Shown: positions 37,663-48,056, numbered from the stretch's first letter. The stretch: DNA of 64,000 nt from Acidimicrobiia bacterium (GCA_041576165.1 JBFGLM010000007.1:61992-125991), one strand, 5' to 3'. A program made the numbers and translations. Notes: a model not told the origin generated them from the letters alone.

Positions 37663-38673
37663 ATGAGGACACGGCTGACCGCCAGGACCGGTGACGCTTC
37701 GACCTGCGTTCCGAGCGGTGATCGGAGCCGAGTTCGGCCTTTCGCCTGGCTGGGACGATACGTGGCAACAACCGGGCTAGTGGTGGTGCTCGCTTCGTGT
37801 GGGTCGAGTTCTGAAGAGCCGCAAATTGGCGCACTGGAAACCACGACCACCCCGGTCGCCGAGCCATCGGCGCTGCCCCCCACCACCGGCAATGCCGTCT
37901 CGACTTCGCTGATCGGGCCGCCCGCACCGGCGGAGGCGGGTTTGCCCGAACTCGACGCCAGCCAGGAATCCGCCATCAGATTGCTGCCGGTGATCGAACA
38001 GACCATTCCACACGACACCGGGTCGTACACGCAGGGACTGCTGATCGAAGACGGCCACATGTTCGAGAGCGCCGGCCAGACCGGGCAGTCGAACCTACGC
38101 GAGATTGACCCGGTCACCGGGGAGGTCATTCGTAGGGTTGACAACGACTCGGCGGTATTTGCCGAGGGGCTCGAGTTGGTCGGGGATCGATTGATTCAGC
38201 TCACATGGCGAGCGGGCGTCGCCTATGTGTGGGACGTTGAAGACTTCGCACTGCTCGACACCTATCGCTACGACGGTGAGGGCTGGGGTCTCTGCTTCGA
38301 CGGCGAGCGGCTGGTGATGAGCGACGGTTCGGCGTCTCTCACGTTTCGGGATCCGAGCACATTCGAGCCCATCGGCCAAGTCGGGGTGACGCTCAATGGA
38401 CGACCGGTCGAGCGCTTGAATGAGCTCGAATGTGTCGGGGGCTACGTGCTCGCCAACGTGTGGCAGACCGACGAGATCATGGTGATAGACCCCGGCCCAG
38501 GTCGTGTCGTCGGGCATGTCGATGGTTCCGAGTTGAAGCGAGCCGCCGACGCCATGTATGAAGGCGCAGAGGTGTTCAACGGCATTGCGTATGACGAGAG
38601 CACCGATCGCTTTCACCTCACCGGCAAGTACTGGCCGCTGACCTTCGTCGTGCGGTTCGCGGCGGCGCCGTAG
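37663..38673 (+). CDS. Glutaminyl-peptide cyclotransferase (lipoprotein)
   Basis: YTQGL, FAEGL, QLTW, GEGWGL, LNELE, ANVWQ, NGIAY, TGKYW; lipobox LASC; start uncertain. Confidence 0.9.
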   Translation: MRTRLTARTGDASTCVPSGDRSRVRPFAWLGRYVATTGLVVVLASCGSSSEEPQIGALETTTTPVAEPSALPPTTGNAVSTSLIGPPAPAEAGLPELDASQESAIRLLPVIEQTIPHDTGSYTQGLLIEDGHMFESAGQTGQSNLREIDPVTGEVIRRVDNDSAVFAEGLELVGDRLIQLTWRAGVAYVWDVEDFALLDTYRYDGEGWGLCFDGERLVMSDGSASLTFRDPSTFEPIGQVGVTLNGRPVERLNELECVGGYVLANVWQTDEIMVIDPGPGRVVGHVDGSELKRAADAMYEGAEVFNGIAYDESTDRFHLTGKYWPLTFVVRFAAAP

Positions 38674-38861
38674 GTCGGCGAGTCGCGTGGACGGGACCCA
38701 CCCTCGGTCAGATTCCCAACCAGGCGCTACACGGTTACACTGCCGGAGACCCGCCTTCCCCGCTGCTGGATCCGTGTCGTTGACGACCGATACGAGCACG
38801 GCCCAGGCGGGCCGGTTATGCCGTTTGGCCATCCGGCCGGAACGGCACCAGCTGAAGAATC

Positions 38862-38930
38862 GACCCCTGCCCCGCTCGTCCGGTGAGGAGCGCGGGGCCG
38901 TCCGCCGGAGGCGGACGTCCGAAGGAGGTG
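38862..38930 (+). promoter_or_regulatory. S6:S18 ribosomal protein leader (autogenous control)
   Basis: ACCCCTGC..stem..GGGGCCG..GAAGGAGGTG immediately before rpsF, matching the known S6:S18-binding leader layout. Confidence 0.65.
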
Positions 38931-38940
38931 CAGGTGCGAT

Positions 38941-39225
38941 ATGCGCGCCTATGAACTCATGACCATCCACCGGCCGGAGATGGCCGAAGACGAAGTCCGC
39001 CAGGAGATAAACCGGCTGGGCAGCTTCCTATCTGATGCCGGAGCTACCGTCAGCCCGCCCGACTTCTGGGGCAAGCGGCGCTTTGCATACGAGATCGATC
39101 ACCTCAACGAGGGCTACTACACGGTGCTCAACTTCGAGGCGGAGCCGACGATGATCGAAGACCTCGACCGGGTCCTGCAGCTGGCCGACACTGTGGTACG
39201 CCACAAGGTGACCCGTCCGGAGTGA
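38941..39225 (+). CDS. rpsF: 30S ribosomal protein S6
   Basis: MRAYELM, WGKRRFAYEI, EGYY. Confidence 0.97.
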   Translation: MRAYELMTIHRPEMAEDEVRQEINRLGSFLSDAGATVSPPDFWGKRRFAYEIDHLNEGYYTVLNFEAEPTMIEDLDRVLQLADTVVRHKVTRPE

Positions 39226-39228
39226 CGT

Positions 39229-39251
39229 TTGTCACACGGCCTCGGCACACT
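39229..39251 (+). promoter_or_regulatory. RecA-NDp / PafBC-type DNA-damage promoter before ssb
   Basis: TTGTCACAC-N8-CACACT versus consensus tTGTCRgtg-N8-TAnnnT. Confidence 0.5.
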
Positions 39252-39328
39252 GACGAGAGGTGCACCGGTCCAGCCCGCCCGGGTATGACCCCACACATCT
39301 AGACGAGAGTGAGAAGCGGAGAGCGACA

Positions 39329-39784
39329 ATGGCTACCAATACAGTCACGATCATCGGCAACTTGGTGGAGGATCCCGAGCTCCGGTTCACGCCATCGGGC
39401 GTGGCCATGGCCAAGCTGCGGGTTGCCGTCAACCGGCGTTGGCGGGACCGCAACGACCAGTGGCAGGAAGAAACCAGCTTCTTCGGCGGGACCGTGTGGC
39501 GGGACATGGCCGAGAACATTGCCGAATCACTCCAGAAGGGCTCTCGGGTCATCCTCACTGGCAGCCTCGAACAGCGAAGCTGGGAGACCCAGGACGGAGA
39601 GCGCCGGTCCGTCGTCGAAATCCGGATCGACGAACTCGGTCCCAGCCTGCGGTGGGCGACGGCCCAGGTGACCCGCACCAGCCGCAGCGGCGGCGACAGC
39701 TTCGGCGGCAGCAATGATGCAGCTCCCATGCCGGCCGCACCCGTGGCGCGGGACGACTACGGGCCAGACGAAGCCCCATTCTGA
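39329..39784 (+). CDS. ssb: Single-stranded DNA-binding protein
   Basis: GNLVEDPELRFTPSG, ELGPSLRWA, C-terminal DEAPF. Confidence 0.97.
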   Translation: MATNTVTIIGNLVEDPELRFTPSGVAMAKLRVAVNRRWRDRNDQWQEETSFFGGTVWRDMAENIAESLQKGSRVILTGSLEQRSWETQDGERRSVVEIRIDELGPSLRWATAQVTRTSRSGGDSFGGSNDAAPMPAAPVARDDYGPDEAPF

Positions 39785-39813
39785 ACGCAACGACATCCTG
39801 AGGAGTACACGAG

Positions 39814-40101
39814 ATGGCACGATCATCCAACAGCAACCGCCGGCGCCGGCGTCCGAGCTCCAACCGGCCCGTCCGTAAGAAGGTCTGCCCGGGCTGCAAC
39901 ACACTCGAATGCGGCAACCGCAAGGTGCCGTCTGTCGATTACAAGGACGTCGCGGTGTTGCGCCGCTTCATCTCCGACCGGGGCAAGATTCGCTCCCGGC
40001 GGGTAACCGGCGCCTGCGAGCAATATCAGCGCAAGGTGGCGGTGGCGATCAAGAACGCCCGCGAAATGGCCCTGCTGCCCTACATCGGTGGCGGGCGATG
40101 A
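39814..40101 (+). CDS. rpsR: 30S ribosomal protein S18
   Basis: [36 protein letters not shown]. Confidence 0.97.
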   Translation: MARSSNSNRRRRRPSSNRPVRKKVCPGCNTLECGNRKVPSVDYKDVAVLRRFISDRGKIRSRRVTGACEQYQRKVAVAIKNAREMALLPYIGGGR

Positions 40102-40544
40102 AGCTCATCCTGACCGCCGACGTTGGTGGGCTCGGATCAAAGGGCGATGTTGTTGATGTCGCGGCCGGCTACGGCCGGAACTATCTCCTGCCCAAGAACC
40201 TGGCGATCAAGGCGTCGGCCGGCGCTCTCAAGCAGGCGGAGGACCTCAAGCGGGCCAAGGTTGAGACCGAACGCCGCGAGCTGGACAAAGCCGAGGCGAT
40301 CAAGAGCCAGCTCAGCGGCACCCGGATCGTCATAGCCGCCCAGGCCAGCGACGAGGGACAGCTCTTCGGCTCCATCGGGGTGTCAGATGTCGCGGACGCG
40401 GTAGAGAAGATCAGCGGAGTCAAGCTGGATCGTGGCGCGTTGGGGCTGGCCGCACCAGTCAAGAGCATCGGGTTGCATGAGGCGACCGTGCGGCTACATC
40501 CGGAAGTCGAATTTCCACTGACCCTGGACGTGATTCCGGCCTGA
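40098..40544 (+). CDS. rplI: 50S ribosomal protein L9
   Basis: [28 protein letters not shown]; GQLFGSI. Confidence 0.97.
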   Translation: MKLILTADVGGLGSKGDVVDVAAGYGRNYLLPKNLAIKASAGALKQAEDLKRAKVETERRELDKAEAIKSQLSGTRIVIAAQASDEGQLFGSIGVSDVADAVEKISGVKLDRGALGLAAPVKSIGLHEATVRLHPEVEFPLTLDVIPA

Positions 40545-40725
40545 GGACAGCTCAGTGGGGAGGCCCAGGCGCCGCGGCCTCCGTGTGCACTGCCGAATCG
40601 CGAAATCTGAGGACCTAGTGGGTCTTCCCGACCCGGCTCTTGTGGCGTAGGGTTTCTCCGTCACTTCCCTCGGTTCGTCGGCGTTGACGCGCGCCCCCGA
40701 CTGCGATCGGGCGAACTAAGCTAGA

Positions 40726-40739
40726 CGAACATACGTTCG
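40726..40739. promoter_or_regulatory. LexA (SOS/Cheo) box upstream of dnaB
   Basis: CGAACATACGTTCG matches CGAAC-N4-GTTCG, between a TAAGCT -10 (40717-40722) and the dnaB RBS. Confidence 0.8.
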
Positions 40740-40753
40740 GTTCTGGAGGCAGG

Positions 40754-42130
40754 ATGACGACAGTTGCTGGCCGGGGTCAACAAGAGCGAGGGCATCCAGA
40801 CGGTGGACGGGGAGTGAAGGTTCCTCCCCACAACGTCGAAGCCGAAGAATCGGTCTTGGGCAGCGTGTTGCTGTCCATCGACGCCGCCAACCTGGTGATG
40901 GACAAGCTCGAGCCAGACGACTTCTACGTACCGGCCCATCAAGCGATATTCGAAGCGATCCTCGGCCTCTACAACCAGAACCAGCCCATCGACGCGGTAA
41001 CCGTATCCGACGCCCTGCGCCGGGCCGAAGAGCTGGACAAGGTCGGCGGAGTCACCTACCTGACCCGTCTCCTAGACGCAGTCCCGACGGCTTCCAACGT
41101 CGAATATTACGCGGGCATCGTCGAAGAGCATTCGCTGCGTCGCCGGATGATGTCGGCCGGCGCCCGGGTCAGCGAGCTGGCGATGCGGACGGACTCCGAA
41201 CTCGCCCACGTCCTCGACGAGGCCGAAGCGACCGTGCTGCGGGTTGCGCAAAAACGTATTGGGTCGGGACTCGAGCCGCTCGGTCCGTTGTTCACGCCGA
41301 CACTCGAGGCGATCGAGGAGATGGAAGCGACCGGCGCCGAGCTGACCGGCATCTCCACCGGCTTTCGGGATCTCGATCGCAAACTCGCCGGCCTGCAACG
41401 GGCGAATCTGGTCATCGTGGCCGCCCGCCCCTCCATGGGAAAGAGCGCGCTCGCGCTCAACATCGCGTCCAACATCGCCCTGGCGTGTGGACCTGTGGCT
41501 GTGTTCTCCCTGGAAATGAGTCGCGACGAGATCGTGCAGCGCCTCTTGTGCAGCATCGGCCGGGTCGACTCGATGAAGTTGAGAACCGGGCAGCTCGGGC
41601 CACTTTGGCAGAAGGTAGTGGGCGCCGCCTCTCGCATGTACAAAGCACCGCTCTACGTGGACGATGCAGCCAACGTGACCGTGACCGAGATCCGGGCAAA
41701 ATGTCGGAGACTCAAGAGGCAGCACGGTCTGGAACTGATCGTGGTCGACTACCTCCAGCTCATGCAGGGCAACAATCGCGAGAACCGGCAGCAGGAGATT
41801 GCGGAGATCAGCCGCTCGCTCAAGAACCTCGCCCGGGAACTCGACGTGCCGATCATCGCCTGTTCCCAGCTCAACCGCAGCCTGGAGGCCCGCACGGACA
41901 AGCGCCCGCAGCTCGGTGACCTCCGTGAGTCCGGTGCGATCGAACAGGATGCCGACGTCGTCATGTTCATCTACCGCCAGGAGTACTACGAACCCGCCGA
42001 CATCGAAGCCAAGGGACTCGCCGAAGTGATTGTCGCCAAACACCGGTCGGGTTCGACCGGCCGCGTCAACATGACTTTCCTCCCCGAGTTCACGCTGTTC
42101 GCCGATCTCGGCCGCGACACTGCCGCCTAG
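40754..42130 (+). CDS. dnaB: Replicative DNA helicase
   Basis: PPHNVEAEESVLG, AARPSMGKS, VDYLQLM, DLRESGAIEQDAD; no intein. Confidence 0.97.
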   Translation: MTTVAGRGQQERGHPDGGRGVKVPPHNVEAEESVLGSVLLSIDAANLVMDKLEPDDFYVPAHQAIFEAILGLYNQNQPIDAVTVSDALRRAEELDKVGGVTYLTRLLDAVPTASNVEYYAGIVEEHSLRRRMMSAGARVSELAMRTDSELAHVLDEAEATVLRVAQKRIGSGLEPLGPLFTPTLEAIEEMEATGAELTGISTGFRDLDRKLAGLQRANLVIVAARPSMGKSALALNIASNIALACGPVAVFSLEMSRDEIVQRLLCSIGRVDSMKLRTGQLGPLWQKVVGAASRMYKAPLYVDDAANVTVTEIRAKCRRLKRQHGLELIVVDYLQLMQGNNRENRQQEIAEISRSLKNLARELDVPIIACSQLNRSLEARTDKRPQLGDLRESGAIEQDADVVMFIYRQEYYEPADIEAKGLAEVIVAKHRSGSTGRVNMTFLPEFTLFADLGRDTAA

Positions 42131-42196
42131 AGAACACGGGGGCGTCATTCGGCCATGCTGGCCGATCCGGCCCGAGGTGCCGCTACTGTCCTGCCC

Positions 42197-43339
42197 GTGG
42201 CGAACTATCAGGTGGGTGTCGTGGGCGCAGGCCAGCTGGGCCGGATGCTCCATCAGGCGAGCATCTCGCTCGGTGTCGAGCTGTGTTTCCTGGCCGCATC
42301 CGACCGCGACGCGGCCGTTCAGATCGCCCCGAACTATCGCGTCGGTTCCGCCATGGAGCCGGCCGACCTCGAGGCCTTCAGCGACGTCTGTTCCGTGGTT
42401 ACCTTTGAGCATGAGGTCGTCGACCTCGAGAGCCTGGCGAAGTTGGAGGCTGCAGGAGCCGTGCTCCGTCCGTCGGCCGCGGCCCTGGGCGTCGTAGCCG
42501 ACAAGTTGGCCATGCGCGAAACGGTCGAGGCAGCCGGCATCCCGGTTCCCCCTTGGCGCTCCGTCGAATCCCCAGAGCAGACGGCGGACGCGCTCGCCCG
42601 GTGGCCACAGGCAGTAGTCAAACTCAGCCGAGGCGGATATGACGGCCGGGGTGTCTATTTCGTCGATCCCGAGGCATCGCCGTCTATTCCGAACACGGGC
42701 GCACCGCTCTTGATAGAACCGAAGCTGGACATCGACGTCGAGCTGGCTGTCATTGCGGTCCGGGCCCCCGCCGGCGATACGGTGGTCTACGACCCCGTCG
42801 CCACCCTCCAGATCGACGGCCAGTGCCGCCAAGTCATCGCCCCGGCGGGGGTGGACGGACATGTTGTCGCCTCTGCTCGCCGGCTGGCTCGCCGGGTGGC
42901 CCAGGTCGTTGAGGCGGTCGGAGTCGTGGCGGTCGAACTGTTTCTGGTCGGTGGCGAACTGGTGGTCAACGAGTTGGCGGTTCGTCCCCACAACACCGGT
43001 CACCACACGATCGACGCTTGCGTCACGTCGCAATTCGAGAATCACCTGCGGGCGGTATTGGACCTACCGCTGGGCGAGACCGCCCCCAGCGCCCCGGCTG
43101 CGGCCACCGTGAACATCATCGCGAGCCGGCCGGCGGTCGACCCTCGCGATCATCTCACCGAGGCTCTGACGGTAGACCCGGGTGCCCGGGTCCACCTCTA
43201 CGGTAAGGAGCCGCGCCCCGACCGCAAGATCGGACACGTTACGGTCTGCGATGAGACCCCGACTCGGGCGGCGCAGCGAGCATGGCAAGTTGTGCAGGCG
43301 CTGGGTGGTGACATACCGGAGAAGGAGATGCTGGCGTGA
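42197..43339 (+). CDS. purK: N5-CAIR synthase
   Basis: GAGQLGRM, TFEHE, GGYDGRG, NELAVRPHNTGH, SQFENHLRA, RKIGH. Confidence 0.96.
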   Translation: MANYQVGVVGAGQLGRMLHQASISLGVELCFLAASDRDAAVQIAPNYRVGSAMEPADLEAFSDVCSVVTFEHEVVDLESLAKLEAAGAVLRPSAAALGVVADKLAMRETVEAAGIPVPPWRSVESPEQTADALARWPQAVVKLSRGGYDGRGVYFVDPEASPSIPNTGAPLLIEPKLDIDVELAVIAVRAPAGDTVVYDPVATLQIDGQCRQVIAPAGVDGHVVASARRLARRVAQVVEAVGVVAVELFLVGGELVVNELAVRPHNTGHHTIDACVTSQFENHLRAVLDLPLGETAPSAPAAATVNIIASRPAVDPRDHLTEALTVDPGARVHLYGKEPRPDRKIGHVTVCDETPTRAAQRAWQVVQALGGDIPEKEMLA

Positions 43340-43833
43340 AGGTCGCGGTGGTCATGGGTAGCTCGTCCGACTTTCCAACGCTCGAGCCCGCAGTGACGAC
43401 CCTGGAGGAGTTCGGAGTGCATGCTGACACCCGCGTGGTTTCGGCTCACCGTGCGCCGGAAGAGATGATTGCTTTCGGGCGCAACGCAGTCGCCGCCGGC
43501 TATTCAGTGATCATTGCCGCAGCCGGGGGTGCGGCGCACTTGCCCGGAATGCTCGCTTCGGTGACCCGGCTGCCGGTGATCGGTGTGCCGGTCCCGGTCA
43601 CTTCCCTCGACGGCATGGATGCGCTGCTGTCCATCGTACAGATGCCGTCCGGGGTGCCGGTGGCAACCATGGCGATTGGAGGTGCTGCCAACGCTGCGCT
43701 GATGGCGATCCGAATCTTGGCGGTCTCCGACCCCGACCTCGCCGCTGCGCTCGACCGCCACCGTGAGGTGCTGAAGGAAAAGGCGCATCGGGGCGATAAA
43801 GAGGTGCGAGCCCGGACTGCCGCCGAGACCTGA
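43336..43833 (+). CDS. purE: N5-CAIR mutase
   Basis: MGSSSD, VSAHR, AGGAAHLPG, LLSIVQMPSGVPVAT. Confidence 0.97.
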   Translation: MKVAVVMGSSSDFPTLEPAVTTLEEFGVHADTRVVSAHRAPEEMIAFGRNAVAAGYSVIIAAAGGAAHLPGMLASVTRLPVIGVPVPVTSLDGMDALLSIVQMPSGVPVATMAIGGAANAALMAIRILAVSDPDLAAALDRHREVLKEKAHRGDKEVRARTAAET

Positions 43834-43846
43834 CCCTGAGACCCGG

Positions 43847-45241
43847 TCACTCGCAGATTGGCGCCGCCTCTTGACTCGGTCGGTACGTCACACTCGCATT
43901 TGCCGCAGTCGCCTCGATCACCGGCTCGGCGCCAATCGTCAGCCGCAACGTCAGCTCGATTGTCTCCGACGGCGTCACCACGGCCCTCCAGTCGTTGGGC
44001 ATCGGCTCGGTGGTACGCCATTGGAATCCGTTCAACTCACCCAGCCACTCGATCCCGCAATGCACCCACAGGCGATAGGGAATCGAGAAGTCCGGCTCGA
44101 TGAAATCGCCGCTCTCGACCACGAACTCTTCCGGCAGGTTGGGATCGGGACCAATCTGCGCAGATGACGCCACCGCCCCGGGGATCGAGAGATCGGCCGC
44201 GACGATGGTCCGTTCCTCAGGAGCTCCGGCCGGTGGTCCGTCGGCATCCAGCTGGACCATGAACGGCCCGGGTGGCAGCAGCGTGCGTTCGATTGCCACG
44301 ATGTATGCGCGGGGGTTGGCATCGGAAGTGCAGGCCACCGGTGGGTTCGGCAGGACGATGCTGGCGTGGACCACATCGCCATTGACGACCACGTCGTCGA
44401 GCCGGATGTCGGGACAGCTGCCAGAGAACACGGCGCCGAACCAGATGACGATCTCTGACTCGAAGTTCACATCCGGCAACCGTCCGTCCAAGCCGACCTG
44501 TGTCCACAACGCCTCGAGCGATGCTCGATCGGTAGCGATTCCTGTGCGGTAGGGCGTGCCGACCCTCGGCTCATCGGCGAGCAGGCGCCAGCCGTCACCG
44601 GCCAGCGGCTGAGGCCCGGGGGCGGGAACGCCGGCCGGGGCTTGCCCGCTGACGCAGACCGGCTGATCGCCGAAACGCGATTCGATCTCTGTACGCACCC
44701 TCTCGTCCAAGACGCCGACGTTGATGTCTACGACGCCCCGGGTGACCGAGACTCCAACCGAGAACGAATCGAGCACCTCAGCCAGCTCGGTGGTCACGCG
44801 GCTTTGCAGCGCCTCAAGATCACTCATTCGCCACTCGACCGGCACTGCAACCACGCCGACTCCGGGAAACGCTCGCGTGAGTTCGGCTTGACGTTCACTT
44901 GCGGCGCGGCTGAACGCCACGGTGATCCAGCCATTGTGATCACGATCAACCCAAATCGCCTCGAACCCGGGCCGGCGGCTGGCCCATTCTTGGACCTCCT
45001 CGACCGGCATCTCATTGGCCACGTAGATCGGAGTGTCGGCGTACGCGTCGGCGGTAGCTGCTATCGCCGGCACGTCCGCGCACGCAGGCAAGGTGGAAGT
45101 TGCATCCGATGAGCCTGTTTGCCCTGGGGAAACAGAAGTTTCTGGAGGTGGCATGGTGCCGAGTGGTTCCGGGTCTGAGCCCTCCCCTGTGCAGGCGACC
45201 AAGGTGAGTATCAATGCCAGCATCCATGCCGCGCGTCGCAC
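43847..45241 (-). CDS. Multidomain hypothetical lipoprotein
   Basis: Lipobox LVAC; central DVNFESEIVIWF..SGSCP segment resembles a PrcB C-terminal domain; C-terminal HCG domain. Confidence 0.7.
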   Translation of the reverse strand: MRRAAWMLALILTLVACTGEGSDPEPLGTMPPPETSVSPGQTGSSDATSTLPACADVPAIAATADAYADTPIYVANEMPVEEVQEWASRRPGFEAIWVDRDHNGWITVAFSRAASERQAELTRAFPGVGVVAVPVEWRMSDLEALQSRVTTELAEVLDSFSVGVSVTRGVVDINVGVLDERVRTEIESRFGDQPVCVSGQAPAGVPAPGPQPLAGDGWRLLADEPRVGTPYRTGIATDRASLEALWTQVGLDGRLPDVNFESEIVIWFGAVFSGSCPDIRLDDVVVNGDVVHASIVLPNPPVACTSDANPRAYIVAIERTLLPPGPFMVQLDADGPPAGAPEERTIVAADLSIPGAVASSAQIGPDPNLPEEFVVESGDFIEPDFSIPYRLWVHCGIEWLGELNGFQWRTTEPMPNDWRAVVTPSETIELTLRLTIGAEPVIEATAANASVTYRPSQEAAPICE

Positions 45242-45307
45242 GACGTCCTCCTGGTGAGGTTGTGGATTAGATGTCCGGCTGTTCGCAAATGGTTCCAGGT
45301 GTCGCTG

Positions 45308-45640
45308 TCATCCGCTCGTGGCGACCACGGTGTAACCGCGTTCGTCGACCGTAGCGCGCCCCTCGCGGACCGTTTCGATGAACTGACGGGTGGAGTCGAG
45401 ATCGTCCCAGGCGGGATCGTCCCGGCAGCGCACGTACGCAGCTTCGTCCGTCCACTGGAGGTACTGCACGAGACGTCGGCGGCCGGTGTCAATGTGAAGT
45501 GCGCCGCCAACGAACCCGGCGCATTCCCGGAAGAGGTCGATCCCCCGCGCGGCGTGAGCCTGAAGTGGCTCGATTCTGTCCGGGTCGACGTCTACCACGA
45601 CGATGACGGTGTAGAGGGCAGGATCGATGGTGTGCGCCAT
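45308..45640 (-). CDS. Antibiotic biosynthesis monooxygenase (ABM) domain protein
   Basis: GFVGGALH..RLVQYLQW ferredoxin-like dimeric barrel pattern. Confidence 0.75.
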   Translation of the reverse strand: MAHTIDPALYTVIVVVDVDPDRIEPLQAHAARGIDLFRECAGFVGGALHIDTGRRRLVQYLQWTDEAAYVRCRDDPAWDDLDSTRQFIETVREGRATVDERGYTVVATSG

Positions 45641-45647
45641 GGGGCCG

Positions 45648-46064
45648 CTAGTCGGCCATCGATCGGACCTGCGCCACCGACTTCCCAATGAGATCAGTCA
45701 GCACCTCGGTGTCGACGTCATCCAGCCGCTTGACGTACAGGCACGACTTGCCAGTCGAGTGCTTTCCCAGCCGAGACAGCAGGCCCTCGTATTCGTCGAA
45801 GCCGTCCATGATGTACAGCGTGAGGCTCTGCTTGCGGGGAGAGAATCCCACGTGGAACCAGTCGACCTCGCGGCCACGGTCGTAGACCATCTGCTGGTGG
45901 CCGAACCCGACGATGCTGGGTCCCCACATCACGGCCTCCTCGCCGGTGACCTCCCGCATCAGCTCGAGCAGAGTCCGGGCATCCTCCCGGCGCGTCTCGT
46001 CCTCGACGGAAGCCAGGAATTCATCGACACTGGCGGCCGTTTGCTGGGTTTTGTTGTCAGCCAT
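45648..46064 (-). CDS. DUF1801 domain protein
   Basis: MWGPSIVGFG, VGFSPRK, LGKHSTGKSCLYVKRL. Confidence 0.9.
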   Translation of the reverse strand: MADNKTQQTAASVDEFLASVEDETRREDARTLLELMREVTGEEAVMWGPSIVGFGHQQMVYDRGREVDWFHVGFSPRKQSLTLYIMDGFDEYEGLLSRLGKHSTGKSCLYVKRLDDVDTEVLTDLIGKSVAQVRSMAD

Positions 46065-46124
46065 AGCTGCAAAGCTATCAGGGTGACCCATCGCCGGCCG
46101 GGGCCGGTGACAGAGCCGGCGCGG

Positions 46125-47891
46125 TCAGCCGGCGAAAGCGCGGTACAAGAACGCGGCCATCTGCCCGCGGGTGATTGGTTTGCTCGGGCAATAAAGGGTC
46201 CCGTCGGCGTTGCACCCAAGGGTGATACCAACTTCAGCGATCGCGTTGATGGCGGCCGCGTGTGTTCCCCGCACATCGGCGAAACGATTGTCGGTACCCA
46301 GCGGCAGGCGCAAGGAGCGGGCGAAGAACGAACCCATCTGTGCTCGGGTCACGAGATCATCCGGACAAAACGTCGTCCCGTCTCCGCAGCCGAGCGAGAT
46401 TCCGGCCGCAGCTACCTCGGCGGCGGCCTGGGCGTGAGCCCCGCCGACGTCGGTGAAGGGGTTGGCTGCACCGGTGCTGAGGCCGAGCGCCCGAGTGAGG
46501 AAGGTTGCCATCTGGGCCCGGGTGACGGGGTCCTTGGGGCAGAACCGGCCACCGCCGCACCCCTCGGTGATGCCTTCTGTCACCATCCAGCGGATCTCAT
46601 CCTCAAAGGTTGTGTTGGCGATATCGCTGAACGGAACGGAGCCGGCTGAACCCCCACCCGAGGACCCCGTCCCGCCGGACGAACCAGTGCCGGCGGGTGG
46701 CGGCGTGAGAGCCGACGGGTCGTCCGGTTCAATGACGTATGCCCGGCCGTCGTTGATGCCAAGCGCATCAAACAGAGGCACCCCCACCACCGCCCTGTCG
46801 CCGTCGACCCCGACTGCCGAGCCATACGTATCCCCGGCCGAACCGTTGGCATCGACGGATTTTGTCTCAAACCAAGTGGCGTCCGCCCACTCATATGAGT
46901 AGACACCGCCTGCGTTCTGTGCTGTCTGGCCGTCGAGCGGGGCGCCCACCACGATACGGTCCCCGGAGATAGCGACTGCGGCTCCGAACTGGTTCTCCGG
47001 CGTACCATCAGATGCGTGCAGCTGCTGTTCGTACCAGCCGCCGCCGGACTGCTCGAAGATGTATGCCGCCCCCCGCAAGGGAGCGCCGGCTACGATCCGG
47101 CCGGCGGACACGGCTACCGCATCTCCGAACAGGTCCCAGCGCCCAGGGTTGGAGTGCCGGATGACGGACTCCGTCCACGCACCCCCGCTTGATTTGTAGA
47201 CATACACGGCACCCTGATCGGTGACCGTGCCATCGGCGTAGATGGCTCCAACGACCACGACTTCGCCGTCGGTTGCGACCGCACGACCGTACAGATCGTT
47301 GGCCTCGCCGTCCGCTGCGGTGAGCTTGGTCTGCGTCCAAACGAACCCGTCGAGTTGGTGGAGGTAGACCGCCCCCGCTTCCGCGCCGCGGGCGTCCTCA
47401 TGGTCGGCGCCTACGACGATCAGATCTCCCGAGATGGCGACCGATGCCCCGTAGTAATCCCGGTCGGCCCCGTCGAAGGCCGGAAGTTCGAGCTGGCTCC
47501 AGAACCCGGAACCGGCCGGTTCCAGCAGATAGGCGGTGCCGGAATCGGGCACCGCCCCGTCTCCAAACAAGGCACCGACCACGATTCGATCGCCGTCGAT
47601 CGCCACCGAATATCCGAACAAGTCATCCGGCTGGCGGTCGTCGGCTACGACCCTGATGCCGGTCCAGCCACCGGTCGGGAGGCGCTCATAGATGAACACG
47701 GCACCGGCTCCGTCGTCCTTCTCGGGAGCCCCGACTACCACTCGATCGCCCGAAATCGCCACCGCGGCACCGAAGTTGTCCCCGGAAATACCGCTGCTGT
47801 CCGCCAGGACGGTTTGGTTGATGGTGGTCGCCACAGCCGCAGGCGCGCCGAAAACCAGCAGCGCTGCAACTATGGCGAGACCCCGACGCAT
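46125..47891 (-). CDS. Secreted FG-GAP beta-propeller protein with C-terminal S-layer homology domains
   Basis: Seven (F/Y)GxxVAxxGxxxVxG repeats; three SLH repeats (FCPxDxVTRAQM-type). Confidence 0.9.
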   Translation of the reverse strand: MRRGLAIVAALLVFGAPAAVATTINQTVLADSSGISGDNFGAAVAISGDRVVVGAPEKDDGAGAVFIYERLPTGGWTGIRVVADDRQPDDLFGYSVAIDGDRIVVGALFGDGAVPDSGTAYLLEPAGSGFWSQLELPAFDGADRDYYGASVAISGDLIVVGADHEDARGAEAGAVYLHQLDGFVWTQTKLTAADGEANDLYGRAVATDGEVVVVGAIYADGTVTDQGAVYVYKSSGGAWTESVIRHSNPGRWDLFGDAVAVSAGRIVAGAPLRGAAYIFEQSGGGWYEQQLHASDGTPENQFGAAVAISGDRIVVGAPLDGQTAQNAGGVYSYEWADATWFETKSVDANGSAGDTYGSAVGVDGDRAVVGVPLFDALGINDGRAYVIEPDDPSALTPPPAGTGSSGGTGSSGGGSAGSVPFSDIANTTFEDEIRWMVTEGITEGCGGGRFCPKDPVTRAQMATFLTRALGLSTGAANPFTDVGGAHAQAAAEVAAAGISLGCGDGTTFCPDDLVTRAQMGSFFARSLRLPLGTDNRFADVRGTHAAAINAIAEVGITLGCNADGTLYCPSKPITRGQMAAFLYRAFAG

Positions 47892-48056
47892 GAAACCCCC
47901 GTACGTTTCTTCCAGGGGTCGAGCGGTCGTTACGCCAGGTGGGCCCCCTCGCGGTTAAATCCATCTGGTGCGACTCGCCGTGCCTGACGGCGAGCTGACT
48001 CGGTGACCCCCCACATAGAAATCGTCACTCTGGGTGGCCGGCTTGATGGACGCGTG

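Noticed and set aside
40754-42130. Intein in dnaB
   Set aside because: Normal 458-aa length with contiguous helicase motifs.
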